From a virus (Duplodnaviria > Caudoviricetes), in the IMG/VR virus record IMGVR_UViG_3300032285_001531: DNA of 64,000 bases. The stretch is one strand, 5' to 3'. The notes under the pieces are model-generated. The model ran no database searches, was not told the DNA's origin, and saw nothing but the letters and a program-made list of their open reading frames with translations. Positions 6,167 to 16,725 of this stretch are shown here, one piece after another. The translations under genes were made by a program, and so were the position numbers. Position 1 is the stretch's first letter. Every line of letters begins with the position of its first letter.

Positions 6167-7051
6167 ATGCCCTCAGGAATAGTTTTCAACCCAAATAGTT
6201 ACGATATAGTATTCTTAAGCTATGATGAACCAAACGCTGACATAAACTATCAGCACCTTCTTTCAATAAAACCCAAAGCAATGAGAGTACATGGAGTCAA
6301 AGGCAGTGATGCCGCACATAAAGCATGTGCTGAGTTAGTTAAGACTGAACGTGTTATAATTGTAGACGGAGACAATCATGTATTGCCCAATATATTTGGT
6401 CGTAACGTTTATACCAAAACAGATTATGATTGGACTGATAAAGTATTCAGTTGGAGTAGCGTCAACGTAATTAATCATACTAGCTATGGCAACGGTGGAG
6501 TTAAATGCTGGCCTGTCAAATTGATTAAAGAAATGCGTACACATGAAGTAGGGTCGAGTATTGATTTTGACTTATCCAATTACCTAGAACTCAACGCAAT
6601 AGGCAGTCACACTATCATAAACGGTTCTGCTAAACAAGCATTTAGAGCAGGATTCAGAGATGGAGTAAAACTTAGTTTAGTCAAAGATGATTGGCGAACT
6701 GATAATAGACTGTACAACTGGTTGCACGTAGGCAGTGACGTAGAGTTTGGGCTGTGGACTATATATGGTGCTAGACTAGGACGATTCATGTTGAAACGTG
6801 ATTTTGATGTAACTATATTGAATGACTTTGATAAATTGAATCAGATGTTCAGCAAATATTACGGGATAGCACATAATAATCTTGAATATGAATGCAATAG
6901 ATTAGGTGAATTATTAGATATAGGCCCAGTGCTAAGTATAGAAGAAAGTATAAATTTTAAACAGAATTACAAAGCACCTATAAGAAGTCCAGAACTTTTT
7001 ATGGGTGGCGATAGACAAGATGCTATAAATAAATTTAATGAACGAATTTGA
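6167..7051 (+). CDS. Glycosyltransferase-like (GT-A, DxD) protein
   Basis: YDIVFLSYDEPNAD...GVKGSDAAHKACA...VDGDN. Likely start ATG 6167 after TAAATA (6156-6161). Confidence 0.6.
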   Translation: MPSGIVFNPNSYDIVFLSYDEPNADINYQHLLSIKPKAMRVHGVKGSDAAHKACAELVKTERVIIVDGDNHVLPNIFGRNVYTKTDYDWTDKVFSWSSVNVINHTSYGNGGVKCWPVKLIKEMRTHEVGSSIDFDLSNYLELNAIGSHTIINGSAKQAFRAGFRDGVKLSLVKDDWRTDNRLYNWLHVGSDVEFGLWTIYGARLGRFMLKRDFDVTILNDFDKLNQMFSKYYGIAHNNLEYECNRLGELLDIGPVLSIEESINFKQNYKAPIRSPELFMGGDRQDAINKFNERI

Positions 7052-8018
7052 TAAGATACCATTTGATAGAATAACAAAATTTGGGCAACAGACAATGTTG
7101 CAATATCCTCTTTTTTCTATTAGTTGGATACTAGGAAGATTCTGTAATTATAAATGCTCATATTGTTGGCCCTATGCTAACTCCAGTACACCAGACTATC
7201 AATCACTAGATACATATAAAAAATCTATAGACGAAATAAAACGTCAAGCCAAAGCAAATGGATTCAGAGACTTTCATTGGTCTTTTAGTGGTGGTGAGCC
7301 AACTGCATATAAACATCTACTAGAATTAATCAGACACCTAGATGATAATGTTACTCCCTATCAAAGCATACACCTGACTACTAATTTAAGCCCTAGTAAG
7401 AAGTGGTGGATGAATTGGGGAATGGCAACTGAGTTGATTCAACGTAAGTCAATCACTGCAAGTTTTCATAGTGAGTTTGCAAACGAAAGTGAATTCACTG
7501 ACAAGTGTTTATTCTTAATGGGCGAAAATGTACATGTTACTATCAATCAAGTAATGGTACCTGATCAGTTTGATGAACTATATGCCCGTTGCAAACGATT
7601 TAGTGATAAAGGAATAAATGTAACATTAAAGCCACAAAGTAATGATACTGCCACAGAGATAGTAAGCGGCTACAATGATGAAATGATTACACTTATGCGT
7701 AACGGTTTTCCACAGCAACATAAAAAGACACAGTTCTATCAAATCAAATTATATGAAAACGATACTGAATATGAATTGGATCAAGCAGAAAGATTCAATG
7801 CGTTTGGGTTTAATAAGTTTGAAGGATGGAGTTGTAATTCAGGATATCAAAGTGTTATAATACGTAGTAATGAGGTTAAGCGTGGCTATAGTTGTCGTGA
7901 TGAAATATTAGGCACATTAGATAATGGCTTTACCTTATTCAGTGAACCAAAAGTTTGTGTGACTCCTAGTTGCGTGAGTAGTGCAGACAGTAAGATACCA
8001 AAATGCAAATTGACTTAG
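7038..8018 (+). CDS. Radical SAM protein with C-terminal Cys cluster (SPASM/twitch-like)
   Basis: CNYKCSYC, SFSGGEP; C-terminal C...C...C...CVSSAD. Confidence 0.9.
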   Translation: MNEFDKIPFDRITKFGQQTMLQYPLFSISWILGRFCNYKCSYCWPYANSSTPDYQSLDTYKKSIDEIKRQAKANGFRDFHWSFSGGEPTAYKHLLELIRHLDDNVTPYQSIHLTTNLSPSKKWWMNWGMATELIQRKSITASFHSEFANESEFTDKCLFLMGENVHVTINQVMVPDQFDELYARCKRFSDKGINVTLKPQSNDTATEIVSGYNDEMITLMRNGFPQQHKKTQFYQIKLYENDTEYELDQAERFNAFGFNKFEGWSCNSGYQSVIIRSNEVKRGYSCRDEILGTLDNGFTLFSEPKVCVTPSCVSSADSKIPKCKLT

Positions 8019-8596
8019 ACCATGTAATGTTTTGGATGGATGCTATACGTAATAGCAGTGACCCTAAGCGCACATTAGAATCATTTTGGAAGGGTCAATT
8101 ACGTAGTAAGCGTTGGCTAATAGAAGAACTAACTCCATTCATAGTTGAGCCTATGAGTTTTGATATACACGGTGGTTGGAACGGAGTATTAGCAAGTATG
8201 ATATTCCAAAGCAATATGCCTGTAAAGAATATTCGTAGTGTAGACATTGATCCTTCATGTGAAGAAATTTGTCGCACAATGAATAAGTTAGAAGAAATAG
8301 CAGGACGTTTTCGTGCAGTAACCGCAGATATGTGTAATATACGTAGTGATGCGGATGTCATTATCAATACAAGTTGTGAACATATATCACAGGATGAATA
8401 TGATATGTGGCTAAGCGGCATACCTCAGAACAGTCTTATAGTGTTACAAAGTAATGATTATAAGATTGATGAACACGTTAGAGTGGTTGACAGTTTAGAA
8501 GAATTTGTAAGTCAGAGTGACATTGATGTAGAGTATAGTGGCGAGTTTGAATTGCCACTATATACTCGTTATATGATTATTGGAAACAAATACTAA
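8003..8596 (+). CDS. Class I SAM-dependent methyltransferase-like protein
   Basis: IHGGWNGVLA, RSVDIDP, TADM, IINTSCEH. Confidence 0.7.
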   Translation: MQIDLDHVMFWMDAIRNSSDPKRTLESFWKGQLRSKRWLIEELTPFIVEPMSFDIHGGWNGVLASMIFQSNMPVKNIRSVDIDPSCEEICRTMNKLEEIAGRFRAVTADMCNIRSDADVIINTSCEHISQDEYDMWLSGIPQNSLIVLQSNDYKIDEHVRVVDSLEEFVSQSDIDVEYSGEFELPLYTRYMIIGNKY

Positions 8597-9651
8597 TTGT
8601 CCCAAACAGTAGGATTGTTTATTCTACCCGTAAAGTTCCCGCAATTGCCTGCACATGCTGCTAAGCGACCCTCACTATATTTACGCCCATCCCAACTCTC
8701 TTGTATCTTGTTATAAAATACATTGTCTATGATGTTATGCCACTCAGTTTCATATAGATTAACTTTACTTTTACCTTCAGTATCCCAAAGATGATCCCAA
8801 CCATCGGGTACAGTTAATGTTACTCTGCTATATAAACTAGCACCTAAGAAACAACAAGGAAATACATTACCCTGACTGTCAATATATACACTACGGTCTT
8901 TCTTAGCATAGCAATCTATATTACTATTCTCACTACTATCTAACCATTGCTGTACATCTAATTTCTTTAATGGTTGCATGACCACACTGTGTACATATTT
9001 CTCATCAGTTGGTGGCTCAATTATAACTCCATCTGTACCAACAGGTCTACGACCTAAAATATTATCTAATGCGAATCTATGACTAGATATAATGATAAAG
9101 TTTTTAAAGCCTAAGTCTTTGCTAAGTTCTTTTGCTTCATCTACTTGATGTTGATTATGTTTGAATACAATGAACTGCCAATTAGCAATACCACCTGCAT
9201 TAATGAATGCTATACTGTTAACCATTACCTTCTGATAGTTTACATTCATACGATAGATATGATTAGTATTCGATAACCCATCTATAGCAAAGTTAACCTC
9301 ATGATTGGGACCTAATGCTTCTACTAACATAGTCCAAAATATAGGGTTCTTCATGCCACCATTAGTGCTAATCTTAATCATAGCATTAGGAGCTTTCTCT
9401 CTAGCCTTCTTTACTACCTCAATAAAGTTTGGGGCAGCGCACGGATCTCCCATTGTGCCACTGAATAATATCTTTTTTATATTTGCATATACATGATCGG
9501 GTATACGGTCAAAGAACTCTGTTGTCAAGTGTGTTTGCTTGAACCAACTATAGTCACCCGGATATGTTTCACGTAAGCATTGTGGACATGCAGCATTACA
9601 TATACTGCTGTTCTCTATATCTAAGTTTATTATGTTATCGTAGAAATTCAT
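8593..9651 (-). CDS. Radical SAM/SPASM protein
   Basis: CNAACPQC, FSGTMGDP, STNGG, FAIDG; C-terminal PCC and CAGNC. Confidence 0.9.
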   Translation of the reverse strand: MNFYDNIINLDIENSSICNAACPQCLRETYPGDYSWFKQTHLTTEFFDRIPDHVYANIKKILFSGTMGDPCAAPNFIEVVKKAREKAPNAMIKISTNGGMKNPIFWTMLVEALGPNHEVNFAIDGLSNTNHIYRMNVNYQKVMVNSIAFINAGGIANWQFIVFKHNQHQVDEAKELSKDLGFKNFIIISSHRFALDNILGRRPVGTDGVIIEPPTDEKYVHSVVMQPLKKLDVQQWLDSSENSNIDCYAKKDRSVYIDSQGNVFPCCFLGASLYSRVTLTVPDGWDHLWDTEGKSKVNLYETEWHNIIDNVFYNKIQESWDGRKYSEGRLAACAGNCGNFTGRINNPTVWDN

Positions 9652-9659
9652 GTAGTTAT

Positions 9660-10352
9660 TTAATTTATTTTAATAGCCTGATCTATCAATGATTCAGGAT
9701 AGTTACTTCTAAAGCTATTAAAACATATTAGTTGTAATGTTGGTATATCGTATGGTGTATCTAAATCCATTTTATAATGATCCAACATTAATTGCAACTT
9801 ATCCTGACGGTCTATGCTTATTTGTATTAGCAAATCACGTATTTTAATTTTAGGATCAGTTTTATTAAAAGAAAAGAACCAATTATATGGAGTAAGCACT
9901 CCGTCTATAGCTACCCAACTGTTCGGATGTAAACTAAATTTATAAATGCCTGCTTTCTTCATTTCAGTGATTCTATCTAACCACTGTGCTTGCCAGTTCG
10001 GTAATACTTTATCGTATCCACCATTGTTAATCCCTTGCATTAAAAAATCATCACCATGCCAATCAATGTATATTTCTCTTTTGAAAACATTAATGTCTTG
10101 TATTTTTAATGTGGGTATACTTGCTTTACGTGCAATCTCATGAAAAGTTACTTCACGTGAAAATCTATCAGTAAGAAGTTCGTTTGTCCAAAGTTTGTTT
10201 TCTTCTGGCCATCTGTGGTAATTAACATCTCTGTTAAAACTCATGCATAATGTTTTCTTATCCGGGCTTACGTAAGGAGTGTATACTAAGTTAGAACGTA
10301 CCCATTCTTGTCCTTCTAAATTATAAAGAAATGTCCAATTATCAGTTATCAT
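9660..10352 (-). CDS. Protein-kinase-like fold protein with non-canonical catalytic motifs
   Basis: FSREV...IPTLKIQD...IYIDWHG, and GIYKFSLHPNS...DGVLTPYNWF at the positions of HxDxxxxN and DFG. Confidence 0.4.
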   Translation of the reverse strand: MITDNWTFLYNLEGQEWVRSNLVYTPYVSPDKKTLCMSFNRDVNYHRWPEENKLWTNELLTDRFSREVTFHEIARKASIPTLKIQDINVFKREIYIDWHGDDFLMQGINNGGYDKVLPNWQAQWLDRITEMKKAGIYKFSLHPNSWVAIDGVLTPYNWFFSFNKTDPKIKIRDLLIQISIDRQDKLQLMLDHYKMDLDTPYDIPTLQLICFNSFRSNYPESLIDQAIKIN

Positions 10353-10368
10353 ATATTTGTCTCCTGAA

Positions 10369-10383
10369 TATTTATAATAAATA
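10369..10383. promoter_or_regulatory. Back-to-back divergent late-promoter boxes
   Basis: TATAAATA on minus (10369-10376) abuts ATAAATA on plus (10377-10383), between divergent genes that each have an AGGAG RBS. Confidence 0.6.
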
Positions 10384-10399
10384 CCAACAGGAGAATAAA

Positions 10400-11182
10400 A
10401 TGATTCGTGGCATAGGTGGAAAACCTTTTATTAATTTAGATAATCTAATAGACATTGACGGATTTAAAAAGCTACACTATAAAATCTGCAAGGGGATACT
10501 AGATTCTGATTACAAAAAAGAAGGCAATATGGTTCAGCCCGGTGGGTTTAATAACGCATATGAGTTAACCTTTAAGCCATTGTTTCAAGCATTAGAAGAA
10601 TATCATAATTTACCCGAGGATCATGAAATTAGAATTTTGGGTAGAGAAATAGGTGAATATCAAAATCGTGATAAATTTATGCTGTTTCTTAAACTAGCAC
10701 TAGGTGCATATGATGCATATCAATTTGTATTTTTAAAGACCGAAGAAGGTGGTTGGGAAAGTAGATTTGAAGAAAAAGCATGGACTCCTGATGCAAAGTA
10801 TTTCCCTGAACTTAAACTATGGTTAGAAAATTTGATTACCACAGGTGTATTCAAACACTTAGGTAGAATCATAATTTTTAAAGCAGAGCATGATTGTTAT
10901 ATGCCATTACACAGAGATTTAATTTATCCTGAAGAAAACGATTACTTTAATCATAGACATGAGTTTATACATTTACGTACTAACTTAGATAAACCTTTTT
11001 ATATTTGGGATCGTGATGCTGATAGTAAGATACTAACAGATAGTCATGCTACATTTTTTAACGATCAGGACTGGCATGCAGGTGGACGCACTAATAAACA
11101 AACCTATAGCATACGTGTTGATGGTATATTTACTGATGAATTTCGTGAAAAGATGGGAATCAATAATTTAGATTTTTATTGA
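10400..11182 (+). CDS. 2OG-Fe(II) oxygenase-like (double-stranded beta-helix) protein
   Basis: GRIIIF...MPLHRD...WHAG...SIRVDG (HxD...H...R). Start ATG 10400 with CAGGAG RBS. Confidence 0.65.
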   Translation: MIRGIGGKPFINLDNLIDIDGFKKLHYKICKGILDSDYKKEGNMVQPGGFNNAYELTFKPLFQALEEYHNLPEDHEIRILGREIGEYQNRDKFMLFLKLALGAYDAYQFVFLKTEEGGWESRFEEKAWTPDAKYFPELKLWLENLITTGVFKHLGRIIIFKAEHDCYMPLHRDLIYPEENDYFNHRHEFIHLRTNLDKPFYIWDRDADSKILTDSHATFFNDQDWHAGGRTNKQTYSIRVDGIFTDEFREKMGINNLDFY

Positions 11183-12639
11183 TTAAGTTTTTTACGTTTA
11201 TATTTTTCAATATGTGCCTGCTTTGCAAAATAATATGTACTTGTCTCGTTGTTAATTATTTCTTCTAATACATTATCATTTATTAAAGACTTTGGCTGCT
11301 CAAAGAAATGAGCCATAGTAAAATTGTTTACAGGATTGGTATTGATAGTAGAATCATTAAAATCATATGCCATTTTCTTTGCTGTGGCATGAGTAAAATG
11401 ATCGTTCTGCCAATTTATAACATGATTGTGTTTAAATATATTATATGAATCATCGTATTCTTCTTCAGTGTTTAATCTATAGCCATACTTTTGAAGATCC
11501 AAAGAAATCTTACTCGGCTTAAGTGATTTACTATCCACAGATGGAATTTCAAGACCAAAACTTTTTACACTTTGATGATTCTTAATCCAGTAATTATCAA
11601 TCCAATCAAATGTATCCTGTTGAGTGTCAACTGTTTCACCGGGCAAGCCAATTACTAAAGCTATAGTTGCACGATAGGGTAAACTTTCAGATTTAAAATA
11701 ACTAATAACGTCTAATAGACCTTGCTGAAGTCTTTCCTTTTTGATTCCTTTTCCTATAAATTTAGCTGTAGGGGTGTTCATAGTTTCTATACCATAGAAG
11801 TGACCAAGTAAACCCATGCGAGCCATATGCTCTCTATCCTGTTTTCGTAGTACTAATAAATCTGCTCTAATAAAGCCTGAGAAATAAGGATTGAAACTTA
11901 ACTGTTCAGTAGCATCTGCAAATTTTATTAGTTTCTCTGTACTTTCATTTATAGTTTCATCACCAATTAGATATTTTGTTACACCGTAATCATCATATGT
12001 TCTTTGTAGTTGCGTAGTATAATTATCAGCATCTCGTGTATAATCGCCCTTTACTCCAAGTATAGGAAAATTACAGTATGGACATTCAAACTTGCATCCG
12101 CGTCCAAGCTCTATGCCTAACCATTCGTTAGATTCTATATAATCTCTTTTTTCATAAACTATATCTAAGTCTTTTAAAGGTGCGCTAGGATAAAAAGAAT
12201 TACCGTCAATAACTTTTTTATCATACATAATTTTAAATCTTACCGATGGGCCATTGCCTACAAGATTTTTCAACAAGGCTAAAATAGCATTTTCTCCAAA
12301 TCCTGTTATATAATAATCAATGTCTTTAGAAATAGTATCTGGAATATATTGACCGCCTATAACCATTTTAACTTGTGGGTAATTAATTTTAACCCAAGAA
12401 ATAAATGAATCAATTTCTGGAGGATACAGTCCAAAAGTACAACTGAATCCTAATAGTTTTGTAGAAGAATCAATTCTTTGAGTAGCAAGTAATTTTAACT
12501 CATCTAATGAAAAATAGTTAGCCCAATCTATTACTTCAACATCCCAATCATTTTTTCTCATTATAGTAGCAATACGATGAGCACCAGGACTTCGGTATGG
12601 CATGTCTGTTTGAAGATTAAAAATTATAGATTTAAACAT
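11176..12639 (-). CDS. Cobalamin-binding radical SAM protein (class B methylase-like)
   Basis: N-terminal B12-binding region (GAHRIAT...GFSCTF...VIGG...GFGE), IELGRGCKFECPYC, GIET, IGLPGET. Confidence 0.88.
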   Translation of the reverse strand: MFKSIIFNLQTDMPYRSPGAHRIATIMRKNDWDVEVIDWANYFSLDELKLLATQRIDSSTKLLGFSCTFGLYPPEIDSFISWVKINYPQVKMVIGGQYIPDTISKDIDYYITGFGENAILALLKNLVGNGPSVRFKIMYDKKVIDGNSFYPSAPLKDLDIVYEKRDYIESNEWLGIELGRGCKFECPYCNFPILGVKGDYTRDADNYTTQLQRTYDDYGVTKYLIGDETINESTEKLIKFADATEQLSFNPYFSGFIRADLLVLRKQDREHMARMGLLGHFYGIETMNTPTAKFIGKGIKKERLQQGLLDVISYFKSESLPYRATIALVIGLPGETVDTQQDTFDWIDNYWIKNHQSVKSFGLEIPSVDSKSLKPSKISLDLQKYGYRLNTEEEYDDSYNIFKHNHVINWQNDHFTHATAKKMAYDFNDSTINTNPVNNFTMAHFFEQPKSLINDNVLEEIINNETSTYYFAKQAHIEKYKRKKLNQ

Positions 12640-13123
12640 CGTAGATTGTTAGTTGTAGACTTACTTTAGGTATGAATGTTAGATTAGCACTACCATGTAA
12701 TGCAGTTGGATCATCAAATTCAAATATATCACCGGCTTGATAATCAGAGATAAGTTTATCTTTGTAAACAAATATATGACCTGTAATGTAGTCTTGATAA
12801 GGAATCCAAAGTCGCCTAACATTACAGCCGTTATCTTTAAATGTATCTACGTGCATTGGAAATAAACATGCAGGATCAAGACGAACGAACCACCAATCTA
12901 TGTTTCCTGTATACGGTATTGGCAATTCAATATCATTGATTCCAATTTCTTCGTAATAAAATCTCCATCTTGCGCCGGCTACATCAAGACCTTGATAGTC
13001 TTTGCCTTGCGCTCTTGCCTTTTCGCTTTCTTCTTTCCCAGGACGAACTTGACCTTCACTGTTCATTACTGCATCAAGTAATTCTTGCTTTACCCAATTT
13101 TTATAATTTCCTAGATATTTCAT
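12632..13123 (-). CDS. 2OG-Fe(II)/Asp-Asn beta-hydroxylase-like oxygenase
   Basis: FPMHVD...RRLWIP...GHIF...LHGSAN...KVSLQLT. Confidence 0.7.
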   Translation of the reverse strand: MKYLGNYKNWVKQELLDAVMNSEGQVRPGKEESEKARAQGKDYQGLDVAGARWRFYYEEIGINDIELPIPYTGNIDWWFVRLDPACLFPMHVDTFKDNGCNVRRLWIPYQDYITGHIFVYKDKLISDYQAGDIFEFDDPTALHGSANLTFIPKVSLQLTIYDV

Positions 13124-13125
13124 AG

Positions 13126-13137
13126 ATAAGTATTTAT
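13126..13137. promoter_or_regulatory. Overlapping divergent late-promoter-like boxes
   Basis: ATAAGTA on plus (13126-13132) and ATAAATA on minus (13131-13137), in a 15-bp gap between divergent genes. Confidence 0.5.
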
Positions 13138-13138
13138 T

Positions 13139-14527
13139 ATGTCAGATAGAATCAAAACATTTATAAAACTCATTGAAGATAGAACCGGTACTCCAACATT
13201 CTGCGCACTACCTTGGATACATTTAGCAACTAGACCTAATGGAGATGCTAGACTATGCTGTGTTACTAATGCTAGTGGCGCACATACAGGAGATCATACT
13301 GTAGGATTAGTTAAAAAAGAAAACGGTGTTCCTGCAAACTTCGGTAAAGATACCCCATTAAGTGCAATTAATAATCAATATATGCGTGATGTACGACTAA
13401 CAATGTTAGACGGAAAGATCCCTGCAAGTTGCACAAAATGCTTTGAGGAAGAAGATAACGGTGTAGTCAGCAAAAGATTATGGGAACTATATTCATGGGA
13501 TAAAGATGGACTAGACTTTAATGAATTAATAGATAATACGCAAGTTGACGGAACTATTCCTCCTGTGTTAAGATACTTAGACTTACGTTTAGGACATACT
13601 TGTAATCTTAAATGTGTTATGTGTAGCCCGCATGATAGTAGTCGCTGGTTACAAGACTATGAGAAAGTAATGAGTAAAACTACTAGTCCTATTGTTATTA
13701 AACAAATCAAATGGGATAAGTTAGAATTTGATAATTTTTGGTATGAAAAATCAGAGTTTTGGGATGAAATATTCGAACAAATTCCCAATATAACTCAGCT
13801 ATACTTTGCTGGTGGTGAGCCATTAATGATTAAAGAACATCGTAGATTCTTAGATGAGATAATCAAACGTGGATATAATAAGCAAATTACATTAAGATAT
13901 AATAGTAACGGAATATATGTTAATGACGATATTATTAATGTATGGAGCCAATTTAAAGAAGTAAAGTATGCATTCAGTATTGACGGAAACTTCGATAGAA
14001 ACGGATACATACGATTCCCAACAGACTGGACAGATATTGAACGTAGCCTAGATTTACTAGACAATACTCCAGACAATATTCATTGTAGTATTGCTTGTGC
14101 TGTACAAGTGTTGAATATCAAACACATCGTTAATTTCGCCAAGTGGAAACTGTCGAAAGGCTACAAGAAAATCAACAAGTACAAGATGGATGACTATGAA
14201 GCAGGTGGTGGCATAATTAGTCTACACTTGCTTTATATTCCTACATTCTTATCTGCACGTATTCTTCCAGAGAAGGATAAAGCAGAAGTAAGACAACAAA
14301 TATTAGATTTTAAGGAATGGTTATGGACAAATTATACACAAGACGAGAATTTTTGGCAGGTAAATCCTTATGGATGGAAGCGTTGGGAAGCTATCTTACG
14401 TTTTATAGACAAGGAAGATCATAGTCATATGGTCCCCGACTTTGCAGAATATGTAAAGAACTTAGATAGTATTAGGGGAACAGATTTCGCTGCGACTTTC
14501 CCTGAACTCGCACATCTACTTTCGTAA
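13139..14527 (+). CDS. Radical SAM protein with N-terminal twitch/SPASM-like domain
   Basis: FCALPWIH...RLCC...CTKCF; CNLKCVMC; YFAGGEP. Confidence 0.9.
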   Translation: MSDRIKTFIKLIEDRTGTPTFCALPWIHLATRPNGDARLCCVTNASGAHTGDHTVGLVKKENGVPANFGKDTPLSAINNQYMRDVRLTMLDGKIPASCTKCFEEEDNGVVSKRLWELYSWDKDGLDFNELIDNTQVDGTIPPVLRYLDLRLGHTCNLKCVMCSPHDSSRWLQDYEKVMSKTTSPIVIKQIKWDKLEFDNFWYEKSEFWDEIFEQIPNITQLYFAGGEPLMIKEHRRFLDEIIKRGYNKQITLRYNSNGIYVNDDIINVWSQFKEVKYAFSIDGNFDRNGYIRFPTDWTDIERSLDLLDNTPDNIHCSIACAVQVLNIKHIVNFAKWKLSKGYKKINKYKMDDYEAGGGIISLHLLYIPTFLSARILPEKDKAEVRQQILDFKEWLWTNYTQDENFWQVNPYGWKRWEAILRFIDKEDHSHMVPDFAEYVKNLDSIRGTDFAATFPELAHLLS

Positions 14528-15401
14528 GAGGAATATCTGCTGCACATGTGCAACTGTCACGTGTGCAGATTACAGGATCAATAGGTAATTCAAATGTATC
14601 ATTATATATATTACCTAAACTTCCTCCTACTCTACATGTAGCACGATGTACTTCCCCGTCCCAATTAATCATTAAACTTTCTAATCCTGCAGTACAAGTC
14701 CAACCCTTAAACTTATTCTTATGCAATTTAATTATGTCATTGGCATGCATTAGTTCTATATCATCAATAATAGTGTTAGGCTTAACAGTTGCAGTTCTAC
14801 TTAATATCCAGTCTAAATCATTTTGGTCATAGCGCATATCGTCAAATATATTATGATCACCTTCTGTCCAACGTATTCTGCGTATAGCATATGGTATATC
14901 CCATCTATCAAAAGCAAAGACTGCCTTACGAACTTCTTCCATCTTATCAGGATGAGCCATGACATTAATCATAAAAGGCTTGATTACTGCTTCAGGACTA
15001 TCGGATCTAGCAAACATTAATATATTCTCTAATACATTTTCCCAGTCATATTCAAAGTGTAAGCTGAATACATAATGACTAACAGGTAAATTAAGATAAT
15101 AACTTGCTTTTCTAGTTCCATTAGTAGTAACGTTGATCCACTGTATATCACTATCTACACAATACTGTACTAATTCTTCGAACTGTGGATGTACACAGGG
15201 TTCTCCACCTGTAAAGCTAATTCTACTACTCTTTGAAAGCTTATCTACTGCACGTTTAAGTATCTCTATATCTGTATGCGGGCTAGATAAGTCATGTATC
15301 TGTGAAGGACAATAACTACAGTCATAGTTACAGCGTTTCCCTAAGTTCCATTCAACCTTAATCTTATCCTGATGTGCGTATGCGCTTGTTATTTTATACA
15401 T
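14472..15401 (-). CDS. Radical SAM/SPASM protein
   Basis: CNYDCSYC, SFTGGEP, TTNG; C-terminal CTAG...CRVGG...CTRDSCTCAAD. Confidence 0.9.
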   Translation of the reverse strand: MYKITSAYAHQDKIKVEWNLGKRCNYDCSYCPSQIHDLSSPHTDIEILKRAVDKLSKSSRISFTGGEPCVHPQFEELVQYCVDSDIQWINVTTNGTRKASYYLNLPVSHYVFSLHFEYDWENVLENILMFARSDSPEAVIKPFMINVMAHPDKMEEVRKAVFAFDRWDIPYAIRRIRWTEGDHNIFDDMRYDQNDLDWILSRTATVKPNTIIDDIELMHANDIIKLHKNKFKGWTCTAGLESLMINWDGEVHRATCRVGGSLGNIYNDTFELPIDPVICTRDSCTCAADIPLTKVDVRVQGKSQRNLFP

Positions 15402-16725
15402 ATAGTTTAAACTCTGGTGTCACTTCTACAAATTTACGACTATCTCTGCTATTATCTAAACGTCTATTAAATTCTACAGTATCAGGCCATAAATGACTTT
15501 CATCTTTACTACGAATAAAGTTAATTACCCCGTCAATTTGCTGTAATGTTAGATTTAATAATATACTATGCTGTTTAACATATTTAAAGTCAGGGACTTT
15601 AGTCTTTATTGCTTCTAGTCTACTAACAGCTAATTCTTTTAATTCATTGGGCATAGTCTGTACACTTAATACGTTAGGATATTTAACCATATTAGTATAG
15701 AATACAATACCCAAATCATCTAGGAAGTATTCTATCATCTTATCTAATACTAACACATTACTTACTTGCACTGCTACTGCCCCTACTATACGTGTAATAT
15801 TAGGAATAGTCTGTACTTGTTTAATATTGTTGATTAATTCACTCCATACCGCGTTTCCACGTATATATTCATAACTATCAGCATAACCGTCTATACTAAC
15901 GTTCACAGCTACACTCTTGAATTTGGGCCAGTACTCCCATATAGTACGATTACTCTTCCCTAGTGTGGTCAAGTTTGTAGCATACTTAATCTCAATGTTA
16001 TCTCCATAGGGTGCAAGCATATCTAATATACGATAATGCTGTGGATCCATCAACGGTTCGCCACCTGCAAACTCTACTCTACGGAAGTATGGGAGATTCT
16101 TCTCTAAGCTATTCCACCATTCAGGATTATTCTGAAATTCATCTAATAAAGGTTTATTCTCTAAATTATGTTCTTCTACTAGATTGTAAATTACTTTGCC
16201 CTCGTCTTTATAAAAGTCTTTAATCTCACTCCAGTCATTCCAACTTGTGCTATCGCCCGGGTGACACATACGACACTTAAGATTACATAAATTGTTTAAT
16301 TTTAATTCCATTGTAGGAATACCTTCGGGCATAACGTAATCATCATTTAACTTGCTTAATGCATCAGGATATAGATTAATACGTGCTTCAGGAATAACTC
16401 CGGCTATGTGTCGTTGTCTTAAACTTTCTACACCCTGATCTTCTAAACTGAAACAGGGTTCGCATTCAGATGGACGTATATCATTTAATACTTGATGACG
16501 TATACGCTTCATATTATCATTGTTCCATACTTCTTCTAATGATTCTTTCTGTATCCAACCTATAGGGTGACTGCGGCAACATGCTTGTATGGCTCCATCT
16601 TCTCTTGTAGCAAGCCCTGTAAAAGGATGCATACAAAATGTTTTACTTGTTTTGTTCAATTGCCCACTCTCTTTCTTTGCACCAAAAACACTCACCGCAT
16701 ATAGGAACATACTGATCCATAACAT
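15394..16725 (-). CDS. Radical SAM protein with N-terminal twitch/SPASM-like domain (true start probably near 16659)
   Basis: FCMHPF...ACC...CEPCF; CNLKCRMC; EFAGGEP. Paralogue of 13139..14527. Confidence 0.9.
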   Translation of the reverse strand: MLWISMFLYAVSVFGAKKESGQLNKTSKTFCMHPFTGLATREDGAIQACCRSHPIGWIQKESLEEVWNNDNMKRIRHQVLNDIRPSECEPCFSLEDQGVESLRQRHIAGVIPEARINLYPDALSKLNDDYVMPEGIPTMELKLNNLCNLKCRMCHPGDSTSWNDWSEIKDFYKDEGKVIYNLVEEHNLENKPLLDEFQNNPEWWNSLEKNLPYFRRVEFAGGEPLMDPQHYRILDMLAPYGDNIEIKYATNLTTLGKSNRTIWEYWPKFKSVAVNVSIDGYADSYEYIRGNAVWSELINNIKQVQTIPNITRIVGAVAVQVSNVLVLDKMIEYFLDDLGIVFYTNMVKYPNVLSVQTMPNELKELAVSRLEAIKTKVPDFKYVKQHSILLNLTLQQIDGVINFIRSKDESHLWPDTVEFNRRLDNSRDSRKFVEVTPEFKLYV

